Counted from the stretch's first letter, positions 1-13,257 are shown. The stretch: DNA of 64,000 nt from Octopus sinensis (GCF_006345805.1 NC_043000.1:153202001-153266000); one strand, 5' to 3'. Made by a program: numbers and translations. Notes: generated by a model from the letters alone, not told the origin.

Positions 1-70
1 GCGAACGTAGGGGACAAACACACACACACACACACACACACAGATACACACACATACACATGTATATATG

Positions 71-493
71 TTGGATCATCCCATAAATAATGCGGTTTTC
101 TCATATTCTTAGTGGAAGCTTTGAAGCGTGCAGTTAAATTTAACAGTTATTTTTTGAAAGCTATAATGGAAGTAACGAAGGAGAATATTCGGCATATTTT
201 GTTTTATGAGTTCAATAAAGGCAACAACGCAACGGAAAATGCGAGGAATATTTATGCAGTAAATGGGGATCGCACAATAAGCATAAGCCAGAATTTCCGA
301 GCTGGAAACTACAGCCTAGAAGACCAACCTCGTCCTGGAAGATCTGTTGATCTCGACGAGGACGTCCTTCAAATCCCGGTGGAACAAAATCCATCTTAAG
401 TATTGAGGAACTAGCAAAGAAGCTTGGATTTAGTCATTCAACCATTCATCGACACCTGTGTGCTATCGGAAAAGTCAGAAAATTGGGTCAATG
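71..493 (+). mobile_element. mariner element 5' part (left TIR plus N-terminal HTH of transposase, disrupted)
   Basis: TIR-like ttggatcatcccataaataatgcgg at 71; translation MEVTKENIRHILFYEFNKGNNATE...SLEDQPRPGRSVDLDED, then frameshifted IEELAKKLGFSHSTIHRHLCAIGKVRKLGQ, typical of mariner HTH domains. Confidence 0.85.
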
Positions 494-499
494 TACTCC

Positions 500-954
500 T
501 CCAGGTGGCCGCTGGAGGACCCTATGTCTAGCAACAGGACTCTGCACCATGCCACACGAGCAGGAGAATCCAGTCATGGCTGTCAGACAATTTCTGCGAC
601 CACATCACCCCTTACATCTGGCCACCTAACTCTCCAGACTGCAACCCCCTCGATTATTATATGTGGGGCACAGCTGAGAGAGAGACCAACAAAACTTGTA
701 ATACCAAAGATGAATTGAAGGCAAGGATTAAGGAAGCATTCACCAACTTAAGGAGACTGTCCAGAACAGTTGCAGAAGATTCTGAAGTCGTCTGGAAGCC
801 GTGGTTGAAGCCAATGGCGGTTTTATTGAATAAATTTACTCTTTAGTGTTTCAAGATAGTTTTATATAACTTTGGTATATATAACTTAAAATGAGATGTC
901 AATGTTATTTTCATTTTTGCGTAATTTAGACGACAGTTTATTCACTTCACCCTG
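500..954 (+). mobile_element. maT/DD37D-like Tc1-mariner element 3' part (catalytic C-terminus plus right TIR)
   Basis: Translation PYV*QQDSAPCHTSRRIQSWLSDNF...IWPPNSPDCNPLDYYMWG...TKDELKARI; ends in ...cttcaccctg followed by TA. Confidence 0.75.
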
Positions 955-964
955 TATATTTATA

Positions 965-2532
965 CCCTGCATTTCAAATTATTGACGATGTAGCATATTT
1001 TTATTTTATCTAAATACTACTCGTTGTAATTCAACGAAAGTTTCACAGAATAGTGGCATGTTATATGCGCTTGGTGTATAAGAATGTGGGGTTCCATAAT
1101 ACAACACAGAAACAACGGCCATTTACCAAATTTAGGTTAACTTTAATTATTTCAAATTATTAGCTAGGTTTAGTTAAAACTCATGTAAACAAGAAAATAC
1201 CTATTTAATTGTTTGATGCACATACTGAAATGAACACATTTAGTCATAAATATGAAACAAATAAAAATAAACAAATAAACAGTATTCAAAAATGAGCTGG
1301 TTAATAAGAGCCTTTGTTTGAAAGAAGTTGGAAAAGGCGTTGATCCACGGAACACGCTAATTTCTGAACTTCCTCTGAATTATAGCACGAGATACATTAT
1401 ACTATTGCCTGCCACAGTTCAACCTTGCTCCTAAATTGGCGTCCATTCTCGTAAACTTGTCGTTTTAGAATTCTCCATAAGTTTTCTATTGGGTTTAAGT
1501 CGGGAGAAGAGGCAGGCGACTTCATCTTCCAAGGTCCACAGAAGCCTAACTGTTGTAAATACTTTGTAATTTAAAAAAATGTTTTCGCTGAGTGCGAGGA
1601 CGCATTATCTTGCATGAATATTAATGGTTTTCTTGAAGGTTATCCTTTGCTTTTTCAACCAAGGTTCAAGGTACTCCCTCAGAAAGGTTATCTAAGCATC
1701 CCCAGTCATTTTAACACCGTCTGGCACTTTTCAAGGACCAGCCATAATACCTCCAATAATACCTGCCCAAATCATGATACCCCTCATCATGTTTGCGTCT
1801 CGAGCGTTGGTGACGATCTCATCCATTTACAGCCTATCCCTTACTCCAGCCATCAAGTCCATCAAGGGTAGCACGTGTTTCGTCCGTAAACAAAACTTTT
1901 GAAAAGTCGACCATCATATTATCTTCTGCTTATTACGGTTTTGTATGTGTATTTTGTAAATAGGAGGCCTTGTAACTAATGTCACTGGTTTACCGACTTT
2001 TTCAGAAGATGACATCGTGTAGTTCTGAACATAGTCGTCTCGTCAGTGCGCTTGAAAACTTCTCCATTTGTAACACCTGGGTTCTTTACAGATTCATGCT
2101 TAATTTATGACAGAGAATGTTGAGAAAAAGCCCTCGACTGACCTTTTTCGGCTCTTTTACGCATCTTAGTAGGAGCTGTAACAAATGTCTTCACAGTTTG
2201 CTGATATCTTCCAATTATTTCAGATATTTCTAAGTTTGATTTATTTTTTGCAAGATTAGAAGTATTAACAGATTTCTCTGAAGCAGTTAGGTCACATTTA
2301 CGACCCATAATCATAAGATTATCGGACCTCTCGTTAATTATTTAGAACACTGAAAGTTTATGGAAATCATGCAAATGGCCGCAGTTTGTTTACAATTCCA
2401 CAAAACCTCACGATTTTTACACACTACGCGCATACAATTGTTGTCATCATTCTGTGGAAATTTCGTTGAATTACGAGTAGTTTTTCAATAAAATTTTTAA
2501 ATGTTACGTCGTTAATAATTTGAAATGCAGAG
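965..2532 (-). mobile_element. Tc1-family (DD34E) transposon, full-length but degenerate, about 170-bp imperfect TIRs, TA TSD
   Basis: Left TA|ccctgcatttcaaattattgacgatg matches the reverse complement of right gtcgttaataatttgaaatgcagag|TA; minus-strand MGRKCDLTASEKS..., DFSKVLFTDETRA (about 1870-1910), SPDLNPIENLWRI (about 1468-1508). Confidence 0.9.
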
Positions 2533-4519
2533 TATATACGTATGTATATACGGGTGGGACTTGTATGTATGGACGTACGTATACATGAATATATAAATAA
2601 GTAACTACATATACAAGAGTAAGAACTTGGTAAAGATATGAAATGCTAGGGTAAATATCAAGTCTTATTTATCTAGCATTGATTTGTGCGCAACGAAGTA
2701 AAATCCTGTAATACCCTGGATTCGTTCAACTACAGTCACTGTGCATTATTTTTTCCTTTATTATCTACATGAACTCACTTTAGCACAATTACACATACAC
2801 ATATATTGTCAGTCTCGAATTCTGAAAGAACTAGTGTCGCAGAAACTTTAAGAAAGTTTCAATAATGATAAGGAATATCATTTTGACTCTGATGGTTGTT
2901 TTATTCAGTGCATGTTTAATCTACGTAAATACACAAATCTATAAAACAAACAATCATTTACACACACATATGCACGCGCTTACGCGGACACACACACAGA
3001 GATATATATACATATCTTCGCGTATGCGCTCTGTATATAGAGGCTTAAACACTCTAGACATAGAAACATACGAACTAGACAGGAAGCTATAGATAACTGA
3101 GTGAATTTAGCGAGTTTAAATTTCTATTTGAAATCATAATGGCCAACGACTAGAGAGAAAATATGCACCAGATGACATTTAAACAGAAAGATGTGTTAAA
3201 GTGCTTAATACGGGTATGGGTGGTTAATGAGGTACAGGCAAGATATGCAGATACATCGAAGAATTTAGAATGATAACGGTCTTCATGTCGATCAGTGTAA
3301 TTCCTCGCTAGCTTTCTTACTCCTTGTGCATAAGCTACCGTTTCCCTATCTTCCGATGATTACTGTCCCTCTACCGGATATTAAGATAATGGAGAACTCA
3401 ATGAAGATTTTTGTGCTTCAAACGAACTTTTGATACAGATCGGTATCGTTGTTAGAAATAAGATATCTTACATCTCATTCTTATGCTGAAAGGAATATCT
3501 TAAACTCCGCCAAAATCTAAAAAGAACGAACTATTAAATCAGCAAGACATTTCTTCTTTGATACCAAAATTTGATCGTTATATATTATTAGTACCGTCAG
3601 GTCGACTAGAACTAAAACGTTTGATTCATTTGTATACCTGTCTGTGACATCTATTAATTCCTGTGTAAATCATCTTTTTCAGCTCTGTCCGATGGAAATT
3701 GCAAGAGAGAATAGTCAACTGTCATAAGGCACTGTGCATCCTTTCATTGTGTCATATATTAACAAACCAGACTAGTACAACTGTCACTTTATGAATCTTG
3801 AGTGTACTGCAATGCTAAACTATATCTTCAGTCTTTAAAATATCATCTTATACATTGATACGCTCAATCTTCATCCGTTACACTTTCACATGCGCTTCCA
3901 TATCTCTCCCTCTCTTCATGATTCAATATTGCACGATTTCAACAAATTAACCAGGCTGTAAGCATTATTTATGAATCATAGATCCCGACATCATACTACT
4001 ATTAGCATTTGACAGTCTAGTCGTAGTGGTAAAGTCACATAACAAATCACATTCACAACACGTCAGTTATGTAAACACGACACACCATCAGGAAAACTCA
4101 TTTTAGGCGTTCTAATACGCAATAATATTGTATCATGAGCGGCATTCTTCACACGCTAAAGATTACAGCACAGTTTCTAGTTAGAGCCACGCATATATGT
4201 CCTGAACATCTAGGAATACTTTATAAGGTCCCAAATATAACTTATTTTGCTGACTTGGCTTCGGTGGCAAATATATAAGCATGCATAAATTCTCATTCAA
4301 TACAAATCCGATTACCTTGTAGGCAAGAAATTTACCCATGAAGACAATCCAGTTATTAACCTACTGAGGACCGTGATGTTGTACCCTCCATTCTTTCCGT
4401 TGTTGCAAAGATAACGAACTAAAAATCGGAGTGGGGCGGGATAAACTACCTGCATCAAATTGCTATGAAAATAGGTAGCAATTTTACCTTGTCTTTATTC
4501 TCAGTGCAAGTTTTGAATA

Positions 4520-4660
4520 GTGCAGTTCGATTTTAAAAGTTATTTTTTGAAAGTTATAATGGAAGTGACAAATGAGCATATTCGGCATAATTTACTTTAT
4601 GTGTTCAATAAAAGCAACAACGCAACGGAACGTTCAAGGAATATTGATGCAGTATATGAG
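4520..4660 (+). mobile_element. mariner 5' fragment, same family as 71-493
   Basis: gttattttttgaaagttataatggaagtgacaaatgagcatattcggcat... aligns by eye with 130-270. Confidence 0.8.
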
Positions 4661-4792
4661 GAACTTTAGGTACCATTTTCTATATGGGGAACTTTAGGTA
4701 CCATTTTCTATATGGGAAACTTTAGATACCCTTTTCTATATGGGAAACTTTAGATACCCTTTTCTATATGAGGAACTTTAGGCACCCTTTTC
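4653..4792. repeat. 28-bp minisatellite, 5 copies
   Basis: tatatg(a/g)g(g/a)aactttag(g/a)tacc(a/c)ttttc repeated five times in tandem. Confidence 0.95.
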
Positions 4793-6274
4793 TAAATTCT
4801 CTCCATCCATCCCCATATCTTTATTTTACGTTATCAATTTTTGTTGTATACAAAATTGTAAATTCGTACATAATTCATAATTCATAATTCTATCTCTTCA
4901 CACACGCCTACCAGTTACTAATTTTCATTTTAAAATATTCTGTATTGTGTATTGGAAATGATCTTTTAGAGAGATAGATAAGTTTTTACACATGTAGATT
5001 AGTAAAAGTTAAGAGATAATATATAATCAGTTTTCTTCAATCATTTTAATACTTTTCATGTCGCTCCTTTGGGTCAACATTGATTATAAATACCATGGTG
5101 TTGCAAGATATTTTTCTAAATGCTTTCAGACAGTCTTCACTAGAAGAATGTTTTGGCCGAATTCACGATCTGACATGAAAACTCTTTATTTAAAATTAAC
5201 GTTGAACTCAATGCATTGGTGCTATTGAATCTACCGTAGCAATATTTAAAAGTAAACTGCATGAATTAATACCGAGTAGTTTCTTCTATTTCTAGGCCAC
5301 GACATAATCTATATTCGTAAAACCGTCAATTAACTTCAGAGAATTTAGCTAGACATGCGACATTTGCTCAGAGAATAGAGCAGTAAATAACAATAGGCAT
5401 AAGATTCACAGTTTAAAAAAATACAGAAGTGGTCTGTGATGTTATAAAATAACTTCCATATAATTAGGGCTTATGTTTCTGCCACACACTAAATCGTCAT
5501 CAATAATTTTTCTTCAAGAAAATCTGGTACTCTATTCGCTTTCATATCTATGATGTAAATCTGTTTCTTCGTTAACCTAAACATGAAAGAAATATAAGTT
5601 CTGGATTGAACGGTTAAAATGAAGAAGAATTATTGAAAACATTTTAGAATTCATCTTGTTTGAGTCTAAACAAGTTTACCACAGATTATTACAGTAGAAG
5701 AAAGTGGTATTTTAATTTTTTCATATCAGTAACGTAAAACTTGTCATCCAGAATTAAAATAAGTAGAGAGTCGATATGTTGATGCAAGTTGTAAAGTTGT
5801 CAACATTCTTCGTTTTAAGTGAAAGAACGTAGGTGAAAAAGTTCGAAATAATTTGGATGGGTTCTCAGCCAGGATTTTTCAATGAAATCTTTGTTAAATG
5901 TCCCTTCTAGCATCTTAACTGATAACTATACAGCAATATTTTTCACATATATTAACATTTTCTTTGGGGGAGTAACACTTCTCACGCTATATTAACCGTA
6001 TAAAATAGCTAATTAATCATAACATAAGATATCTGCTGAAAATCTCTTGAGGCGATGTACAATTTATAAAAACGATTTGCTACAAATGAGTTTGTAAAAC
6101 ATATCTCACACATGTTTTATTTTAGAGAGTCTGAGGTTTTGCTGACAAGCATGAGTTTAAACAATATTTATTTTGAAAGAGAATTCCTATAATTTAAAAC
6201 GCTTTTTTTTTCTTGTTATCGAACATTTTATTTTACCGACACCACTCGTGAGCAATTTAATATTGATTGCAGAT

Positions 6275-6480
6275 TGTGGCATAAGACCAGCAGTTTCGGG
6301 AAGGGGTTAAGTCGTCTACCGTGATCCCAATGATCAACTGGTACTTATTTTATCGACCCAGAAAGGATCAAGGGCAAATTCGACCTGGGCGCAATATAAA
6401 CTCAGAAAGCAAAGACGGACAAAGTGCTGCTAAGAATGTTGCCAAGCATGCTATCCATTCTTCCAGCTGACCCCCACCTC
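6275..6480 (-). mobile_element. SINE family C, diverged copy
   Basis: actggtacttattttatcgacccagaaaggat...ttcgacctgggcgc...aactcagaa is the reverse complement of the family C core. Confidence 0.7.
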
Positions 6481-6679
6481 TTGGGAAACTTAATATTAAT
6501 AACATTTAAATATTTTGCGATGTTAAATGCTTGCTCAATCGAGAAATCGCACGCGCAAACACACTTGTAGAACATTATACAAGGACACATATCAATTGCT
6601 GTAGACAAAAACAGGCAATATGAAAACATACGAGCAGGTAGCAGAAGGTTACCGGGCTGCACGTGCCATGATAATCGTG

Positions 6680-7047
6680 GCACTCCGTCGGTTACGACGA
6701 CGAGGGTTCCAATTGATCCGATCAACGGAACAGTTTGCTCGTGAAATTAACGTGCAAGTGGCTGAGCACTCCACAGACACGTGTGCCCTCAACGTAGTTC
6801 TCGGGGAGACTCGGCGTGACACAGAGTGTGACAAGACTGGGGCATTTGAAATACAGGTACAACAGAAAGAATGAGAGAAATTTGTGCCGAAAGAGTACAA
6901 TAGGGTTCGCCATCATTCCTGCCGGAGCCTCGTGGAACTTTAGGTGTTTTCGTTCAATAAACATTCACAACGCCCGGTCTGGGGATAGAAACCGTGATTC
7001 TACAACCGCGAGTCCGCTATCCTAATCACTAGGCCAATGTGTCTCCG
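6680..7047 (-). mobile_element. tRNA-derived SINE family B
   Basis: Reverse complement of the 15665 copy; flanked by atgata(a/g)t direct repeats. Confidence 0.9.
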
Positions 7048-8049
7048 CTATGATAGTACTGCTCAACGGAAAAGAGTGCACAACTGACTGTGATCTGTAG
7101 CCTGCTCATTGAAGCAGTTTAAATACATTTCATGCTCCCTACTCTTATTCAGATTAATACGTGAAATTTTCCGAGATTTTTACGACGGCTGACAAAGTTG
7201 AGAGATATGCGTGCAGCAAATACGAGAGGAATTTTGGTAAATTTTGCTACTAAAACTCTAGAAATACTTCGTCAGACTTTTGGCAAATATTCTTTAGCCG
7301 CGTACGTTTCAAGGATTTCCGAGTGTCAGCTAAACGTGACAATTGTTCCTGATAAACAATCATCAGTAAAACACCAAAAATCCGCCAAAAACCCCATCAA
7401 AAATATGTGATGAAACTACGGTAACTGTGGTACAAGTGCAATAGGCTGCTATATCATAACATTACACCCTACTCACATGTCCCTAAAGACGATGTAGTGG
7501 TTGACAAAGAACAAAATGCGGTGTCTTCTCAGATTCTACGTACTCGCTTGACCTATCCCCTGTAACTTTTTGTGCCTCACATAATGACATTGACGCTGAT
7601 AAGACAGTGCTTCCTGACGGTAGATGAAACTCAAATAAAAGGGCAGGCGGTATTTAACGGTCTTTAGGGAGAGGACTTCTGCAATGCCTTTGAGGTGCAG
7701 AAGCAGTACTGGGAAGGGTAAACATGCTTTCTGGGAGATTATTCGAAAGGGATGGTACCCGAATATATAAAATTCATTATTCACAGAAATTCTAGCCTGG
7801 GAAATTTCTTATATCACTTATAAGTTATTTCTCTTCTATTGAACCGTATAAAGGCCTTAAGGTTGACTTCTTTTCTGCTATCTGAGAAAGAGTCACAATA
7901 GTCAAAAACTGTTGTACAAAGACTGGAGCGAGCAGAAATGAGAATGTGAAAATCTCTTATAACACAACCATACATACGCACACACACAAACCCGTGCATA
8001 CACAGACACGCCCTACACACGCACGGATACGCGCGCGCGAGTACTATTT

Positions 8050-8186
8050 GCTTTCAGTTTCTATCTATAAAACCTACTCACAAGAGTTTGGTCGATCTGG
8101 TGTTATAGTGGAAGACACTTTCCCAAGGTGTTATGTAGTGGGAGGGAAGTCGAAACCATTCTTACCACACAACCATGCCTGAACCT
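8050..8186 (-). mobile_element. SINE family A, old 5' half
   Basis: gaagacactttcccaaggtg...cttaccacacaaccatgcctg is the reverse complement of the family A head. Confidence 0.7.
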
Positions 8187-8210
8187 ATACTGTATAAACA
8201 CGCACACGCG

Positions 8211-8248
<38 letters not shown>

Positions 8249-8530
8249 ATATATATATGTATGTATTTGCATATTATACATATACAAGGTGCGAGAGTTA
8301 TTTGAGTGTACTTAATCATCAGTATATTACTCTCATCAAAGGTCAACGTCACCTTTATCTCTGTGGAGATCGATAAAATAAGCACCATTTGAAGAATGGA
8401 GTCGATGTAATCGATCTACTCCCCACCTACAATTGCTGGCCTTGTACCAAAATTTCATTTCTTTCAGGTCTTCCGTTACAAATAAAACGCTAACACGTGA
8501 AACGAAAAGTCATGCAGTCATTGTTGCTAT

Positions 8531-8698
8531 ATGCGCAGGAGTGGCTGTGTGGTAAGTAGCTTGCTAACCAACCACATGGTTCCGGGTTCAGTCCCACTGT
8601 GTGGCATCTTGGGCAAGTGTCTTCTGCTGTGGCCCCGGGCCGACCAATGCCTTGTGAGTGGATTTGGTAGACGGAAACTGAAAGAAGCCTGTCGTATA

Positions 8699-8752
<54 letters not shown>

Positions 8753-9006
8753 ATTATATATATATATATGTATATATGTGTGTGTGTGTTTGTGTGTCTG
8801 TGTTTGTCCCCCTAGCATTGCTTGACAACCGATGCTGTTGTGTTTACGTCCCCGTCACTTAGCGGTTCGGCAAAAGAGACCGATAGAATAAGTACTGGGC
8901 TTACAAAGAATAAGTCCCGGGGTCGATTTGCTCGACTAAAGGCGGTGCTCCAGCATGGCCGCAGTCAAATGACTGAAACAAGTAAAAGAGTAAAAGAGTA
9001 AAAGAG
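8531..9006 (+). mobile_element. tRNA-derived SINE family A (head, CORE-like segment, internal (TA)n(TG)n, (GTAAAAGA)n tail)
   Basis: A-box-like tggctgtgtgg, B-box-like ggttcagtccc, catcttgggcaagtgtctt; more than 10 near-identical copies in the window. Confidence 0.92.
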
Positions 9007-9114
9007 ATATGCGCAGAACACAGCGAATAGACAATTCTCTAAATGTTGGATGGTCTTTTAAACAGAATCCTCGGATGGAACTCGAAGTCTCTGGAGGGAA
9101 TTTTTCAAATATAT

Positions 9115-9184
<70 letters not shown>

Positions 9185-9234
9185 TTCTACATATTCAGAC
9201 ACCATAAGGACATATTAATCTCACCTTCAAAACA

Positions 9235-9675
9235 CTATCGACAATGTCTTCGAAAAATGAATGAGGACCATCGCCAAAGAACTCCAGGTGTTGGAGTGGG
9301 CTATCTGATTGTGGTGCACGAGGACATTCGATACAAGAAGATGCTAATCCATATCTACAAGGACATGGATAAACCGTTTGATCCGTAGCAAGCTGTTACT
9401 TAACTAGATTTAAAAATCTCATGAACATGGCAAGCTTTGGCTCATTTCGGATGAGAAAATCTTCGAACAAGACCACTAAGTGATGCACACTAAAATTCTA
9501 GCTACTGTGATGGTTTTAGGAGTGATAAGTAACGAAGGTCATCTCATATCTTTTTACAGGGTTTCGAATTGATGCCGCCAGATACTTTGAGTTATTCGAA
9601 ACAATTGTTAAGCTGTGGATGGATGACGCACGCAATGAGAGCCTATACGTATTTCAACAAGACTCAGTGATACCA
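9235..9675 (+). pseudogene. maT/Tc1-mariner transposase remnant
   Basis: Fragments MRTIAKELQV, VVHEDIRYK, WLISDEKIFEQD, TVMVLGVISNEGH, YVFQQDS in order with frameshifts. Confidence 0.7.
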
Positions 9676-9905
9676 GCATAATTTTACTTATTTATTTATT
9701 TATTTTTACATTCTTGAAATAACAGCAGCGTTCGGAAAATTGCTGTGAAATATATTTTAGGATGTTTATTATAAAAATCTCTACATTATTATAGGCGCAG
9801 GCATGGCTGTGTGGTTTAACAAGTTTGCTTCGCAGCGGCTTGATTTCGGTATCTTTTGAGAGTGAAATTGATAGTTAGAAATTGATAAAAACTATATAGA
9901 AGGCG

Positions 9906-10165
<260 letters not shown>

Positions 10166-11348
10166 TCGCAATGACTAAAAATAAAAGGAAATATAGCCAA
10201 AATGAACATTTGAACAAGTGAAATGAAATTTGTCGTATATAAAGTTGTTGTTTGTCTTAATGAAAAGTGATCGATTTTAAAGAGCTACAGTAGTGCTTAG
10301 ACATTCTGCGAAAGTCTCTAGGTATAAGTAATATTGTTGGGGTGGTGGTGCAAGTGGAAGTTCTACAGCCTTGAATTGCATTATTTGTCTATTTATCTGG
10401 CACTGATTCCAAGTCATCATTTGTTGATGGATTAATCGTAGTGTTAGCATTAGTGTATGCCTGTGTGTGTGTGTGTGTGTGTGTCAGCGTTTGAGTGAAC
10501 GTCAGATGCCTGTTATGATGCATAGAGCTTTGAGAGTAGTGGCTGATATGTGACAATGTTCAAAGAGGCAAGGACAGTGCTCCGAGATGAGGAATACAGT
10601 AAAAAGAATTGTTGTGCAAAAAGCCATAAATGAATAACTAAATAAACAAATTGAATTAATAAAATATCAAAAAGAATTTATGAAGAAATTGTTGGGCTCA
10701 AGCCATGTTATTTGTAAATACAGTTTCATTTACTTCCATATATTCTTATTATTACTTTATTTTATTTTGCTTTGCCTTATTTTATGCTGAAAATTCGTTA
10801 GATTTGATAGTGTCTTAAAACGACGTCAATTTTTCTGTTTATGAAGAGCAGATGTTGACATGTCAAGTCATGTGATGTTATTTGCTTGTTTGTTCAGAAG
10901 TGAAGAAATGCATATAATGTGCGATAAAGGGAAAGTGGGAGTGTCGGGTGGCGTAAGTAGGAGTATTGAGGGCGAAAAACACTAAACTTTTACTATAAAA
11001 TGTCTTAGCTTGAAATGAAACCTTTTATTTCGTTTTTTTAGGTAGAAAATTTGTTTTGTTCTGTTTGCTTTATTTGTTATGTGTTTTTGTATTCTAATCA
11101 ATTTTATTTTTTCAAGGAGACTTTTTATTTCGACATTCCAAATAGAAAATCTTGAGAAATTTCGCGTTTACAGCAACTCAAGAGGTTATTTTCAAACGGT
11201 ATAGCTATTGCTTTTGTTGTTTTCAGTATCTATGATGTAACTATTTTTCTTCTTGTTAATGTTATTGTCGCAGATGTCGTTTTATTACTTGTGATGCTTG
11301 ATGCATGCTGTTATTGCTTTCTTGCTTTCTGTTTTTCTCTTGTTACCG

Positions 11349-11714
11349 CTATCACTGCTGTTTGAGGAAGGGACCAGAATCAGAGCTCAAACTTTCCTAC
11401 AAGCATTACACATACGGGAGTTTACACCCCAGTTTAAATCAGTATCTTTTAGCTCAGTTTTATACACTGTAAGACACTTACATCAGTGATATGTACTTCC
11501 TCATGGTACCTATTTTCCTGGAAAGTATAACGTTTTTACTACTATCACTGCTGTTTGAGGAAGGGACCAGAATCAGAGCTCAAACTTTCCTACATGCATT
11601 ACACATACGGGAGTTTACACCCCAGTTTAAATCAGTATCTTGTAGCTCAGTTTTATACACTGTAGGACACTTACATCAGTGATATGTACTTCCTCATGGT
11701 ACCTATTTTCCAGG
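11349..11714. repeat. 193-bp tandem duplication; second copy interrupted by a SINE array
   Basis: ctatcactgctgtttgaggaagggacc at 11349 and 11542; second copy resumes at 12480-12512. Confidence 0.95.
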
Positions 11715-12479
11715 CGAGCTGGCAGAAACGTTAGCACACCGGGCGAAATGCTCAGCGGTATTTCGTCTGCCGTTACGTTCTGAGTTCAAATCCCGCCGAG
11801 GTTGACTTTGCCTTTCATCCTTTCGGGGTCGATAAATTAAGTACCAGTTACAGACTGGGGTCGATACAACCGACTTAATCCGTTTGTCCGTCCTTGTTTG
11901 TCCTCTCTGTGTTTAGCCCCTTGTGGGTAGTAAAGAAATAGGTATTTCGCCTGCCGTTACGTTCTGAGTTCAAATTCCGCCGTGGTCGACTTTGCCTTTC
12001 ATCCTCTCGGGGTCGATAAATTAAGTACCAGTTACAGACTGGGGTCGATACAATCGACTTAATCCGTTTGTCTGTCTTTGTTTGTCCTCTCTGTGTTTAG
12101 CCCCTTGTGGGTAGTAAAGAAATAGGTATTCCGTTTGCCGTTACGTTCTGAGTTCAAATTCCGCCGAGGTCGACTTTGCCTTTCATCTTTTCGGGGTCGA
12201 TAAATTAAGTACCAGTTACAGACTGGGGTCGATACAATCGACTTAATCCGTTTGTCTGTCCTTGTTTGTCCTCTCTGTGTTTAGCCCCTTGTGGGTAATA
12301 AATAAATAGGTATTTCGTCTGCCGTTACGTTCTGAGTTCAAATTCCGCCGAGGTCGATTTTGCCTTTCATCCTTTCGGGGTCGATAAATTAAGTACCAGT
12401 TACAGACTGGGGTCGATACAATCGACTTAATCCGTTTGTCTGTCCTTGTTTGTCCTCTTTCGTGGGTAGTAAAGAAATA
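11712..12479 (+). mobile_element. SINE family C: one head plus four tandem 184-bp body units, 17-bp TSD
   Basis: Units start ggtatt at 11757, 11941, 12125, 12309; GGTACCTATTTTCCAGG at 11698-11714 and 12480-12496. Confidence 0.93.
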
Positions 12480-12935
12480 GGTACCTATTTTCCAGGAAAG
12501 TATAACGTTTTTGCATTGAAAGCATTAGGCTTCCCCCCTCTTCATTTGATTGCTTCTAGCAACAAATAAATAAGCAGCAGCAGTTGTTATCGTTTTTTAT
12601 TGCAGCTAATGTAATGTTTCATTATTCGTTGTTGTTCTTGCTGATTTTATTGCTGTGGGTTAAGCAATACACTTGTTCGTGTAAATGCTGGTGATGGTGT
12701 TGTTGTAGTCATTATCTTTATTGTTTTCATTCTTGCCTCATTGCTGTTGTTCTTTCTATTCCTGTTGGTGTTAATGTTACTGCGGTAGACTTATTTGATA
12801 TCCTGCTGTTTGCTGTTGTTGTTGAGGTTGTTTACATTGTAAACGTTGTCGTCACTGTTGTTATTTTTATTACAGTTGATGCTTTTTTATTCTTGTAAAC
12901 GCTTATGTGTATGTGCGTATGTCTGTGTGCATGAA

Positions 12936-12970
<35 letters not shown>

Positions 12971-13226
12971 GAAAGGGAGAGATAGAGAGAGAGAGAGAGG
13001 GAGGGCTTCTGTTTGCTCTTATATAAGGTAAGCAAAACTCGGATGTAAAGGTTAGCACAACTGGTCTTTGTGCTTCTTCCGCCCCCCTCCCCCGACGAGG
13101 ACTTTTGTTCATAACGTTTAATTAACGAAAACTTTAATCCACATACGACAAAAAAATACATCCGACAAAACACACACGCACATCCATTATGTGTGCCTCT
13201 CCCCACCTCTCTCTCTCTCTCTGTAT

Positions 13227-13257
<31 letters not shown>

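Noticed and set aside
11757-12479. Tandem array as CRISPR or hammerhead retrozyme
   Set aside because: No unique spacers, eukaryotic context, and no CUGAnGA/GAAA core found on either strand of the unit.
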